From the IMG/VR virus record IMGVR_UViG_3300044726_000013, positions 1 through 64,000 of that record: a DNA stretch of 64,000 bases; one strand, written 5' to 3'. Positions 54,786-64,000 of the stretch are shown here, piece by piece. Numbering within the stretch: position 1 is the stretch's first letter; each line of letters begins with the position of its first letter. Both the position numbers and the translations under genes were made by a program. The notes beneath the pieces are model-generated. The model was not told the DNA's origin, ran no database searches, and worked only from the letters and a program-made list of their open reading frames with translations. Source of the DNA: a virus.

Positions 54786-57700
54786 ATGGCCTTTGATTTC
54801 CCAACTAGCCCCGCTGAAAATCAGGAGTTCACGCCGCCCGGTGGCGTGACCTACATCTACAAGACCCCGCGCTGGCAGGTGAAGCCGCCCACCAACGGCT
54901 CAGGCTCAGCACTTGATGCTGATCTACTGGACGGTCAGCACGGCAGTTACTATCTCAGCTACCTCAACCAGACGAACAAGCCGTCAGGGTATCCCCCGGC
55001 TACGCACACGCATGTTATAGGGGACATCACCAACCTTCAGATAAGCCTTGACGCCAAGGCACCGTTGGCCAGCCCCACCTTCAACGGCAAGGCTACCACG
55101 GCGGCCAGCGCGGCCGGGGGCGCGGGCTTTGCCGTGCTGCCGGGCGCAGCACCCAGTGCGCCGGTCAACGGTGACATCTGGCTGACCACGCTTGGCCTGT
55201 ACGTGCGCACCAATGGCGCAACCATGGGGCCGCTGGGGGTCGGTGGTGAGCCAGCCATAGCCTTGGGCACCGCTGCCCAGTACTGGCGCGGTGACAAGAA
55301 CTGGGCCACGCTTGACAAGGCGGCGGTCGGCCTTGGTAACGTTGACAATACTACCGACCTGAACAAGCCGCTCAGCACAGCCACCACCAGCGCCCTGAGT
55401 GGCAAGGAAAATACCATTGCCGGGGGCACCGGCACTCAGTACTGGACTGGCTTGAAGGCGTGGGCCACGCTTGACAAGGCCGCAGTGGGCCTTGGCAACG
55501 TTGATAACGTCAGTGACGCCAACAAGGCCATTAGCACGGCTACCCAGACGGCGCTGAACCTCAAGGCCACCTTGGCGGACCCCACCTTCACGGGTGACCC
55601 CAAGGCACCTACGCCGCTCACGGCTGATAACGACACCAGCATAGCCACCACGGCCTTTGTGCAGGCCAACATGGCGCTGAAGGCCAACGCCACGCACACG
55701 CATACCATTACCGATATCACCAGCCTGCAAACCAGTTTGGATGCCAAGGCCCCGCTGGCCAACCCCAGCTTCACCGGCAAGGTGACCACCCAGCTTAGCA
55801 GCACCACGGCGGCGGGCCTGATATTGCCCCATGGCGCGGCCCCCAGCGCGCCGGTCAACGGTGATATCTGGACCACTACCGTTGGCCTGTACGCGCGCAT
55901 CAACGGCAGCACGGTTGGTCCCTACGGCGGCACGGGCAGCTTTGAGCCTATCATTGCGGGTGGCTTGGGCTCTCAATACTGGACCGGCCTGAAGACGTGG
56001 GCAACGCTGGACAAGGCGGCTGTTGGCCTAGCGAATGTAGACAATATCAGTGACGCCAACAAGCCGGTCAGCACCGCCCAGCAAACCGCCCTGAATGGTA
56101 AGGAAAACACCATTGCCGGTGGCACCAGTGCGCAGTATTGGACTGGCCTGAAGGCATGGGCAACGCTTGACAAGGCTGCGGTCGGCCTTGGTAATGTTGA
56201 GAACACCACTGACCTGAACAAGCCGGTCAGCACGGCCACCACTACAGCGCTCAACCTGAAGGAAAACACGGCCAGCAAGAACGCCCTGAACGGCTACGCG
56301 GGCCTTGATGGCACTGGCAAGATACCAAGCACCCTGTTGCCAGCCTATGTTGACGACGTTATTGAGGTAGCGAACTATAGTTCACTGCCCTCTACCGGCA
56401 GTACTGGCATCATCTATGTCACGCTGGATAACAACAAGACTTACCGCTGGTCAGGTCTGGCTTACGTTGAGATTTCATCCAGCCCCGGCAGCACTGACGC
56501 GGTGCCTGAGGGCAGCATCAACCTGTACTTCACGGCTGCGCGGTCAATGGCCAACAGCCCGGTGCAGAGCGTGGCCACGCGCACGGGCGCGGTGGTCCTC
56601 ACCAGCACAGATGTGGGCCTTGGCAACGTCACCAACACCAGCGACGCCAACAAGCCGGTCAGCACGGCACAGCAGACCGCCCTGAACCTGAAGGCCAACA
56701 TTGCCAGCCCCACCTTCACGGGCAAGACCACCACCCAGCTTAGCAGCACGACCGAGGCCGGTCTGGCGCTACCTCACGGCGTTGCGCCCAGTGCCCCGGT
56801 CAACGGTGACATCTGGACGACCACAGTGGGGCTCTACGCCCGCATCAACGGCCAGACCGTTGGCCCCTATGGCGGCTCAGGCAGCTTTGAGCCCATCATA
56901 GCGGGTGGCACTGCCGCCCAGTACTGGACCGGCCTGAAGACGTGGGCAACGCTTGACAAGGCCGCCGTAGGCTTGGCGAATGTGGATAACATTGCTGACG
57001 CCAACAAGCCGGTCAGCACTGCGCAGGCGGCGGCTGACGCGCTGCGCGTGCTGAAGGCCGGTGACACCATGTCAGGCGGCCTTAACTTTGGCACCGCAGC
57101 GGCGGCGTCTGCCCAAGACCTGACCCGGCATCTGGCCCTGTACAGCACCACCTACGGGTGGAACGTCACGGCAAGCAGCCTCAACCACGTCACCAACACC
57201 GGGGCGGCCCACAATTTCTACGCGGGCGTCACGCTTGTGGGTACGCTTGGGCCCACCGTTGCCAATCTGCCGCTGGGCCTCACCACGTTGGCCCCCGCCG
57301 CCAATGACAGCACCACACGCGTGCCCACCACGGCGTGGGTGCAGGCTGAGATTGCCTCTGACATCACGGGCAAGGAAAACACCATTGCTGGCGGCACCAG
57401 CGGCCAGTATTGGACCGGCCTGAAGACGTGGGCGGCGCTTGACAAGACTGCCGTTGGTCTAGCGAACGTTGACAACACCACTGACGCCAACAAGCCCATC
57501 AGCACGGCCACCGCCACCGCCCTGAGCGGCAAGGAACCCACCATTGCAGGCGGCACCGTTGCCCAATACTGGCGCGGTGACAAGTCATGGCAGAACCTGC
57601 CAGCGGGCGGAGAGCCGCCCATAGCATTGGGCACCACGCTGCAATACTGGCGCGGTGACAAGTCATGGCAAACACTGGACAAGACTGCGGTTGGCCTCGC

Positions 57701-59438
57701 TAACGTTGACAATACTTCTGATGTCAACAAGCCGGTCAGCACGGCGCAGGCGGCGGCTGACGCGCTGAAGCTGGCGCTGGCTGGCGGCACCATGAGCGGC
57801 ATGCTCAGGATAAACACGGTAGATGGCGTCACCAGCCTGTTGCTGTCAGGCACCAGCAAGGGTATTCGGTTTGTACCCAGCGCCAGCTATTTTGCCATTG
57901 AGGGCGTGGATTACACGGGCGTGGGCTCATACCAGCCGCTGCGGTTGTACGGCACGGCCATCATTCTGGCAGCGGCCACCAGCGTACCAGCCAGCACCGC
58001 TACCGTGGCTGGCTTCAACACAGCCCATGGCGTTGCGCCCACCGCCCCGGTCAACGGGGATTTCTGGTCAACCACGACGGGCTTCTATGGGCGCGTCAAC
58101 GGCGTCACCAAGGGTCCCTTTACGGATGACGCTGCTGTCACCGCTGCCGTAGCTACCAAGGAACCCGCCATTGCCATGGGCACCACCGCCCAGTATTGGC
58201 GCGGTGACAAGTCTTGGCAGACGCTGGACAAGGCTGCGGTTGGCCTTGATCAGGTTGACAACACCAGCGATGCCAACAAGCCCGTCAGCAATGCCACCAG
58301 CGTTGCCCTGAACCTGAAGGCCAATCTGGCCAGCCCTGCGCTCACGGGCGTGCCTACAGCGCCAACGGCGGCAACAGGCACCAACACCACGCAACTGGCC
58401 ACCACGGCGTATGTGATGGCCCTCACAGGCACACCGCCAGTTGACGGGTCACCCGCTGACGGCACCACCGGCCTGAACACGATGATTGCGCCCGGCTGGT
58501 GGCAGAAACTGGTGGGGCCCAACAACACCAACAACCCTGCACCGGGTACTTACTGGTGGATACTGACCCTAGTCTACGTGCCCAATTACTATACCCAGTA
58601 CGCTTATCCCTATTACAGCAATGACGGCTTCGGCTTACTGCATCGTAGCTGCAACAACGGTGTCTGGGGGCCGTGGTCAGGTGAGGTGTCACCCGGCACG
58701 GTGGCGCATCTGGCCAGAGCAACAGCACCTGTTGGCTGGCTGAAGGCCAACGGCGCAGCCGTCAACCGCACCACCTACGCGGCGTTGTTTGCGGCCATAG
58801 GCACGGTCTATGGCGCGGGTGACGGCACCACCACCTTTTTGCTGCCCGACCTGCGCGGTGAGTTCATACGCGGCTTTGACGATGCCAGAGGCATTGACAG
58901 CGGGCGCGCGTTCAACAGCGTCGTGCAGCTAGGCGGCGTTGAGAGCCACACCCACCCTATACTCGCTATTGCCACTGGCGGGCGGTCAGCGGGGCATACG
59001 CACACCACCGCCGTGTCTGGCACCACTGGCGGCGTCAGCGCCAACCACACGCACAGCTTCTCAGACACCAGCAGCGCCACCGGCAACGCCAGCGCCAACC
59101 ACACACACGAACCATCCACCGTAGCCAATAGCTTCGCTACCAATCTGCCTACGGCTGGCACTGGCATAGCGATCACATCCAGTTCTTTTGCTACGGCGTC
59201 TGTGGCTACGACCAGCGCATCTGGCGCGGCGCACACCCACACGGTAGCGGTGTCAGGCACGTCTGGCGGCAACAGCGTTGGCCACACGCACACCTTTGCT
59301 GACAATGCGTCAAGCAGCGGCACTGAGAGTGTAGACCACACCCACACCACACCGGCCACCAACACCGTAGCCAACACCGGGGGCATCACTGAGACGCGCC
59401 CGCGCAACCTTGCTATGCTTGCATGCATCAAGTACTGA
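54786..59438 (+). CDS. Long repetitive fibre with collar domain and HxH needle
   Basis: 9 x VGL.NV.N..D.NKP.S, 4 x AP.APVNGD.W, collar GWLKANG...LPDLRGEFIRG, 7 HxH, ETRPRN...CIKY. Confidence 0.9.
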   Translation: MAFDFPTSPAENQEFTPPGGVTYIYKTPRWQVKPPTNGSGSALDADLLDGQHGSYYLSYLNQTNKPSGYPPATHTHVIGDITNLQISLDAKAPLASPTFNGKATTAASAAGGAGFAVLPGAAPSAPVNGDIWLTTLGLYVRTNGATMGPLGVGGEPAIALGTAAQYWRGDKNWATLDKAAVGLGNVDNTTDLNKPLSTATTSALSGKENTIAGGTGTQYWTGLKAWATLDKAAVGLGNVDNVSDANKAISTATQTALNLKATLADPTFTGDPKAPTPLTADNDTSIATTAFVQANMALKANATHTHTITDITSLQTSLDAKAPLANPSFTGKVTTQLSSTTAAGLILPHGAAPSAPVNGDIWTTTVGLYARINGSTVGPYGGTGSFEPIIAGGLGSQYWTGLKTWATLDKAAVGLANVDNISDANKPVSTAQQTALNGKENTIAGGTSAQYWTGLKAWATLDKAAVGLGNVENTTDLNKPVSTATTTALNLKENTASKNALNGYAGLDGTGKIPSTLLPAYVDDVIEVANYSSLPSTGSTGIIYVTLDNNKTYRWSGLAYVEISSSPGSTDAVPEGSINLYFTAARSMANSPVQSVATRTGAVVLTSTDVGLGNVTNTSDANKPVSTAQQTALNLKANIASPTFTGKTTTQLSSTTEAGLALPHGVAPSAPVNGDIWTTTVGLYARINGQTVGPYGGSGSFEPIIAGGTAAQYWTGLKTWATLDKAAVGLANVDNIADANKPVSTAQAAADALRVLKAGDTMSGGLNFGTAAAASAQDLTRHLALYSTTYGWNVTASSLNHVTNTGAAHNFYAGVTLVGTLGPTVANLPLGLTTLAPAANDSTTRVPTTAWVQAEIASDITGKENTIAGGTSGQYWTGLKTWAALDKTAVGLANVDNTTDANKPISTATATALSGKEPTIAGGTVAQYWRGDKSWQNLPAGGEPPIALGTTLQYWRGDKSWQTLDKTAVGLANVDNTSDVNKPVSTAQAAADALKLALAGGTMSGMLRINTVDGVTSLLLSGTSKGIRFVPSASYFAIEGVDYTGVGSYQPLRLYGTAIILAAATSVPASTATVAGFNTAHGVAPTAPVNGDFWSTTTGFYGRVNGVTKGPFTDDAAVTAAVATKEPAIAMGTTAQYWRGDKSWQTLDKAAVGLDQVDNTSDANKPVSNATSVALNLKANLASPALTGVPTAPTAATGTNTTQLATTAYVMALTGTPPVDGSPADGTTGLNTMIAPGWWQKLVGPNNTNNPAPGTYWWILTLVYVPNYYTQYAYPYYSNDGFGLLHRSCNNGVWGPWSGEVSPGTVAHLARATAPVGWLKANGAAVNRTTYAALFAAIGTVYGAGDGTTTFLLPDLRGEFIRGFDDARGIDSGRAFNSVVQLGGVESHTHPILAIATGGRSAGHTHTTAVSGTTGGVSANHTHSFSDTSSATGNASANHTHEPSTVANSFATNLPTAGTGIAITSSSFATASVATTSASGAAHTHTVAVSGTSGGNSVGHTHTFADNASSSGTESVDHTHTTPATNTVANTGGITETRPRNLAMLACIKY

Positions 59439-59448
59439 GGGAACTGAC

Positions 59449-59769
59449 ATGGCCAACCCCCCAATTGTTTATCACTACCACCACACCACGGGCGTTTATC
59501 TCAACGCCAGCAGTGAAGCCGACCCTGACCCCATGGATGAGGGCAAATGGCTCTACCCGGCTGACACCACCACCAAGGTGCCGCCCAACGTACCCAACCC
59601 CAAGACGCAGCACGCGGTGTTTGCAGACGGGGCGTGGGCAGTACAAACCATACCGCCACCACCAAAACCAACGCATGCCGAGAACGTTGCCAACGCGCCC
59701 AAGAACCGGCTAGTACGCGGGCCGCAAATTTCTGACGTTCTGACGGGTCAAACCGTAGATAGGGGATAA
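59449..59769 (+). CDS. Fibre assembly chaperone (Tfa-like)
   Basis: VY.Y...TG.Y....AD.DP....W..PA..T...PP; paralog of 4930-5208. Confidence 0.75.
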   Translation: MANPPIVYHYHHTTGVYLNASSEADPDPMDEGKWLYPADTTTKVPPNVPNPKTQHAVFADGAWAVQTIPPPPKPTHAENVANAPKNRLVRGPQISDVLTGQTVDRG

Positions 59770-59772
59770 ACC

Positions 59773-60117
59773 ATGACAAGTCTTAATATCGTGCAGGCCG
59801 CTTCTGACCCTGACTTCTACACAAGGGTGAGTTTCCTTGCCGTGAAGACGGCGCAGAACGTGGCATCTGAAGACCCCGGCGCGGCCAATCACCTTGCCCG
59901 CGTGGACTATGCCAACCGGGTGTTCAGGGGCGATGACAATGCGGCGCTTCTGGCGCAGCACGTGGCCACCAACCCGGCCATAGGTGCGGCGCTTGAGGCC
60001 GGTGCCACCGTGCCAGACGGCGACATTGAGTTTGCGCTGGCCAGCATCTGGGATGCCCGCGCCACCGCCTTCTACGTGCCGCCACGCGAGCCGACACCCG
60101 CAGCCACCGCTGAGTAA
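59773..60117 (+). CDS. Hypothetical fibre-associated protein (paralog of 5195-5620)
   Basis: Near full-length similarity to 5195-5620. Confidence 0.7.
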   Translation: MTSLNIVQAASDPDFYTRVSFLAVKTAQNVASEDPGAANHLARVDYANRVFRGDDNAALLAQHVATNPAIGAALEAGATVPDGDIEFALASIWDARATAFYVPPREPTPAATAE

Positions 60118-60123
60118 ACTGCC

Positions 60124-62718
60124 ATGGCCAAGCGTCTGGGCAAGAAGCTGCATATGAGCCGTGGGGCAACCCACGCCCGCATGCAGTTTCAGGAAGCCAA
60201 GCACAAGCGTGATGTCAGCGGCAAGTTTGCTGACATGCCGGGCAGCGTTGTGCCGGGCCTTGACGGCAACGTTGCTGACATAGCGCCCGCAATGCAGCCA
60301 GCCACCAAGGCTGACTGGATGGCAGGTGCCAAGACCAGCAAGGTGACGGGTGATGACCTGATCAAGCTGCACGTCACCAGCAACCCCAAGAAGGCGGGCA
60401 GCGCGGCGGCTGAGCGCTTTGCCAAATACACCGACGGCATGAGCGTGGCTGACTACCGCAAGGCCGGGGGCACCGCTGAAGACTTGGCTTGGGACCGCAA
60501 GCGCGGCTTTGTCAGCTTTCACACGCCAGACACCTACCACAGCATCAGCACCAACGGGGCCTCCCCGGTCAGTCAGATCAACCACCAGACCGCCACTGGG
60601 CGGCTGGCCAACATCAAGGCGCAGGCTGAGGCCAAGGCAGGCGTGACCACTGAGGCGGTGAAGCCACCCCCACCTGACGTGCCCATGAAGGCGTCTGGTG
60701 AGCCGCCTGAGCCACCGCCGCCGCCCAAGCCGGTAGAAGCGGCCCCTAAACCCGCCGCTGCGGCCCCAGCCAGCCCCGCCAGCGCGTCTGCGGCCCCCAA
60801 GGCACCTGAGACACCCGCCGCGCCCAAACCCGCGCCCACGGGCACGCCTGAGGCCGCTGTGGTGGCCAAGCCGCCTGAGGTGGGCGTGGTTGAGCCTGCG
60901 GCAGCCCCCAAGATTGAGCCAAGCACCAAGGTTGGCTTCTACAAGAAGGGGGTGACGCCGGATGAGACAACCACGCTGAACGGCGTTGAGTTGAAGCCGT
61001 GGACCCCGCCCAAAGACAATGCGGGCTGGGCCAAGGTTGACGGGCAGAACCCAGATATCGGTGAGACACCGCTGAATGCCAAGGGCAAGCGGCCGGGCGC
61101 TGGCGTGCTGATCACTGAGCCTGACGGCAGGGTTTGGCTGGTCAAGCCCACCAAGGGTTATGGCGGCTATGAGTACACATTCCCCAAGGGTGGCCAAGAC
61201 CCCGGTGAGGGCCTGTCACTGCAAGCCACCGCCATCAAGGAAGCGTATGAAGAAAGCGGCCTGAAGGTGCGCATCACTGGCGTGGCCGGTGACTTTGAGG
61301 GTGACACCAGCGTGGCGCGCTACTACCACGCGGTGCGTGAGGACGGTAGGCCCGCAGATCATGGCTGGGAGAGTGAAGCCGTTGTGCTGGTGCCCAAGGA
61401 CCAGCTTGACCTGTACTTGAACAAGAGCCGTGACAAGAGCATTGCCACACAGCACCTGAAGCCTGAGCCCAAGCCCGCTGGCGCGCCGCCTGCCGCGCCT
61501 GCGCCCAAGCCTGCTGAAGGCCCAACCGTGGCACCCAGCGGTCTACCGCCGCAGATGCCCAATGACCACCGCTTCAAGATTGAAGACGTGGTGGACATGC
61601 CCGCCCACAAGATGGTTGATGAGGGTGACGCGGGTCTGGAGTGGGAGTACAAGAAAGAATATCACCAGTACGGTGGCGATAACTGGGTCAAGAGCGTGGG
61701 CGGCACCCGCATCACAGACCAAGCTGACTTCAACAAGAAGTATAAGGATGCCCCGCTCACTTATCTGACCAATGATCAATACGATAACCTTGGCTACACC
61801 AGCGTCAACACCAAGAAGTTGCCCACGTTCAACGAGATTGCGCCGGGCCTGATACAGCGCAACCGTGACCCCAAGGCTATCAGGGACCGCATGTTCAACG
61901 GTGTGACCACGCCGCCTATTGTGCTGAAGCACGGCAACACCTACCGCCTGATGGCAGGCCAGAGCCGCATTTGGACCGGCCTGTCTGCGGGCATCAGGGT
62001 GCCGGTCAAGGTCATAGACGTGACGCCCGGTGCAGCCAAGCCAGTGGTGGGCAAGGGCAAGTTCACTGAGGCTGACATTGTGGGTGACAAGGTAGTCACT
62101 TCAATGTTCAGGGAAAAATTCACCACCCGCATGAACAAGCTGCCTGAGAAGTTTGTCAGTGCGGCCATAAAGGATGGTAAGCCTCACCTCTACGGCAGCT
62201 ACAAAGGTGCCACAGACGCACCGCACATGAAGATGAGCGGCACGTCAAAGGCCCCGGTGGCTTATTATGCCATCAAGGAAAAGCACACAGCCTTCTTTGA
62301 AGACATGAACAGCAAGTCGGGCAAGGCTCTGAAGGGCAATGGCTACACTGACGCGGAGGTAGAGGAATATCACTTGGGCAACATTGCCCATGAACTGGGC
62401 CATCAAATGGATTATATCAACCGCACCAAGGTGCCGGGTAAATTTCAGATGACGGGTGGGTCAAAAGACCCTGAGTTCATGACCAAGGCTGAGAAGATAC
62501 GGAAGAGATATGTCACAACGCCCAACCAGACCGATCAAGAGAAGTGGGCCACCTATTTCACGTCTGATCAAGAGATGTGGGCGGCGGGCACCGAGGTGGT
62601 GATGATGGGCGGGCGCAGGGGCGTCAGCAGCAAGAACAGCTTGCTGGGCAAATTGATGCATGAAGAGGGCTTGGTTGATTGGATGACTGCCCATTACAAG
62701 AGTAGGGGTGCGCTGTGA
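60124..62718 (+). CDS. Polyvalent protein: KHKRD..GKF leader, NPKxxGS domain, NUDIX hydrolase, ParB-like domain, zincin metallopeptidase
   Basis: FPKGG...TAIKEAYEESG Nudix box; PPIVL....L.AG.SR; AHELGHQMD plus EMWA. Confidence 0.8.
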   Translation: MAKRLGKKLHMSRGATHARMQFQEAKHKRDVSGKFADMPGSVVPGLDGNVADIAPAMQPATKADWMAGAKTSKVTGDDLIKLHVTSNPKKAGSAAAERFAKYTDGMSVADYRKAGGTAEDLAWDRKRGFVSFHTPDTYHSISTNGASPVSQINHQTATGRLANIKAQAEAKAGVTTEAVKPPPPDVPMKASGEPPEPPPPPKPVEAAPKPAAAAPASPASASAAPKAPETPAAPKPAPTGTPEAAVVAKPPEVGVVEPAAAPKIEPSTKVGFYKKGVTPDETTTLNGVELKPWTPPKDNAGWAKVDGQNPDIGETPLNAKGKRPGAGVLITEPDGRVWLVKPTKGYGGYEYTFPKGGQDPGEGLSLQATAIKEAYEESGLKVRITGVAGDFEGDTSVARYYHAVREDGRPADHGWESEAVVLVPKDQLDLYLNKSRDKSIATQHLKPEPKPAGAPPAAPAPKPAEGPTVAPSGLPPQMPNDHRFKIEDVVDMPAHKMVDEGDAGLEWEYKKEYHQYGGDNWVKSVGGTRITDQADFNKKYKDAPLTYLTNDQYDNLGYTSVNTKKLPTFNEIAPGLIQRNRDPKAIRDRMFNGVTTPPIVLKHGNTYRLMAGQSRIWTGLSAGIRVPVKVIDVTPGAAKPVVGKGKFTEADIVGDKVVTSMFREKFTTRMNKLPEKFVSAAIKDGKPHLYGSYKGATDAPHMKMSGTSKAPVAYYAIKEKHTAFFEDMNSKSGKALKGNGYTDAEVEEYHLGNIAHELGHQMDYINRTKVPGKFQMTGGSKDPEFMTKAEKIRKRYVTTPNQTDQEKWATYFTSDQEMWAAGTEVVMMGGRRGVSSKNSLLGKLMHEEGLVDWMTAHYKSRGAL

Positions 62719-62945
62719 CAACGTTTGTGCATGTGATCAGCCTGACTGCAACGCTGTACCCGGTGCTGACCCAGAATGAAAACATTCTGGGCGACGGTGA
62801 GATGACGCGTGATGAATTGGAGGCCATGCTGCCTGAGGGTGAGCGGCTGAGTGAGGGGCATTACGAAATCAGTGATGACGGCGTGGCCCGGTGGGTGGGC
62901 TTTGATCTGCCGCCACCCGCTGATGAGGCGGATGAGGCGTTCTGA
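62715..62945 (+). CDS. Small acidic hypothetical protein
   Basis: Coupled to both neighbours. Confidence 0.5.
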   Translation: MTTFVHVISLTATLYPVLTQNENILGDGEMTRDELEAMLPEGERLSEGHYEISDDGVARWVGFDLPPPADEADEAF

Positions 62946-64000
62946 TGCCCGCTGGTCTGAAGCTGAAGACAGCTAAGATATCCAAGGGTGCCCACGGCAT
63001 CAAGATCAAGTGGGACATGAACAAGCACAAGCGTGACAGCTTGACTGGTCGGTTCACGTTCAAGCCCGGCACTGAAGAGTTCAAGTCTGAGCCGTTCGGC
63101 CCCGGCAAGACCGGCAACATCAAGGGCACAGATGTCATCAAGCTGCACGTCACCAGCAACCCAAAGAAGCCGGGTAGCAAGGCCAATACTGACTTTGAGA
63201 ATTACAAGGATGACATGACGGTTGCTGAGTTCAGGGCGGCAGTCGGCAGCAACGTCAAGGCCAATGAGCATCTGACCTATGACACCAAGAAGGGCTTCAT
63301 CACCATTCATGACCCGGCCACGCTGCCCGCCAAGCCGCTGGCCCAGCCTGAGCCGCCGCCCCCGCCCAAGCTGACCATGGCCGAGTATGCCATCACCAGC
63401 AAGACCAAGAACCTGCAACCGCACGACAAGATCAAATTGCTGGCGGGTGAGAACCCCAAGAAGGCGGGCAGCAAGTCTGCGGCCCTATTCTCAAACTATA
63501 AGGATGAGATGACCGTTGGTGAGTTCCACGCGGCCATTGGCAACAAGAAGGCCAGTCAGGAAACGTTGCTCTACGACCTCAAGAAAGGCTTCATCAGCGT
63601 GCACAACGGCGCTGATCTGGCTGACATGCAGAGCGGCAAGCTGAGCCCCGGCAAGCTGGCGGCGCACATGCAGACGGGTGACAAGGGCCTTGGCGTGGTC
63701 AGCAAGAACCCGTTCACCCCCGGCACCAAGAATTATCAGGACTTTGAAGACGCCGCCTTTGACCAAGGGCTGACCACGCAGGCCAAGGTGACAGCCAGCG
63801 TTGACCCGGCCACGGGTGCGCCCAAGCCCAAGTCACTGGCTGATCTGACAGATGATGACGTGGTGGTGAGCCAGTACGGCACTGAATACACCGCGTCGAT
63901 GATGAAGGCCAACACTGACCCACTCTTCAAGAAACAGGTGGATGACAGTCTGGCGTCTGGCAAATGGACCGTCAAGCCCAAGCCGCCTGCCCTTATGGAT
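62945..64000 (+). CDS. Second polyvalent-type protein, partial (runs off the window; absent from the ORF track)
   Basis: ATG overlaps the previous stop; open for 352 codons; KHKRDSLTGRF leader; two NPKxxGS domains plus a degenerate third (NPFTPGT). Confidence 0.8.
   Translation, partial: MPAGLKLKTAKISKGAHGIKIKWDMNKHKRDSLTGRFTFKPGTEEFKSEPFGPGKTGNIKGTDVIKLHVTSNPKKPGSKANTDFENYKDDMTVAEFRAAVGSNVKANEHLTYDTKKGFITIHDPATLPAKPLAQPEPPPPPKLTMAEYAITSKTKNLQPHDKIKLLAGENPKKAGSKSAALFSNYKDEMTVGEFHAAIGNKKASQETLLYDLKKGFISVHNGADLADMQSGKLSPGKLAAHMQTGDKGLGVVSKNPFTPGTKNYQDFEDAAFDQGLTTQAKVTASVDPATGAPKPKSLADLTDDDVVVSQYGTEYTASMMKANTDPLFKKQVDDSLASGKWTVKPKPPALMD

Noticed and set aside
55250-58300. Regularly recurring DNA repeats resembling a CRISPR array or a DGR template/variable pair
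   Set aside because: In-frame protein repeats differing mostly at synonymous sites; no cas or reverse transcriptase gene in the window.
1-64000. Stop-codon reassignment suggested by the very high TGA frequency
   Set aside because: Genes translate full-length in the standard code; the excess TGA is out of frame and follows from CGA/GGA avoidance.

Overview
A 64-kb segment of a GC-rich tailed dsDNA phage genome, probably lytic: no integrase, tRNA or CRISPR array is seen. An alphaproteobacterial host is inferred from the GH19 endolysin and the promoter style. Gene order: end of the tail module and lysis genes (1-7.9 kb); YuA/M6-type replication genes (SNF2 helicase, SSB-like protein, AEP primase, two UvrD-like helicases, family A DNA polymerase; 9.6-33 kb); a leftward early/accessory region with a repeated promoter (34.5-45.4 kb); then terminases, portal, a large fibre cassette and polyvalent virion-type proteins (45.8-64 kb). 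The capsid and main tail genes lie outside the window. Main candidate novelty: a thymidine hypermodification pathway (dUMP hydroxymethylase, 5-hmU DNA kinase, two aGPT-Pplase/DNA transferase proteins) in which myo-inositol-1-phosphate synthase overlaps the DNA transferase gene and a CX5R phosphatase follows. This suggests inositol (or inositol-phosphate) modification of DNA thymines. Other notable signals: strong avoidance of TCC/TCG (GGA/CGA); an unrecognised ~55-aa NPKxxGS domain in at least 7 copies across 6 proteins; a candidate ~75-nt sRNA whose loop is antisense to the early-gene ribosome-binding motif; and two inverted homologous non-coding elements at the divergent-transcription junctions. 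All family assignments come from motif recognition by eye; no searches were run.
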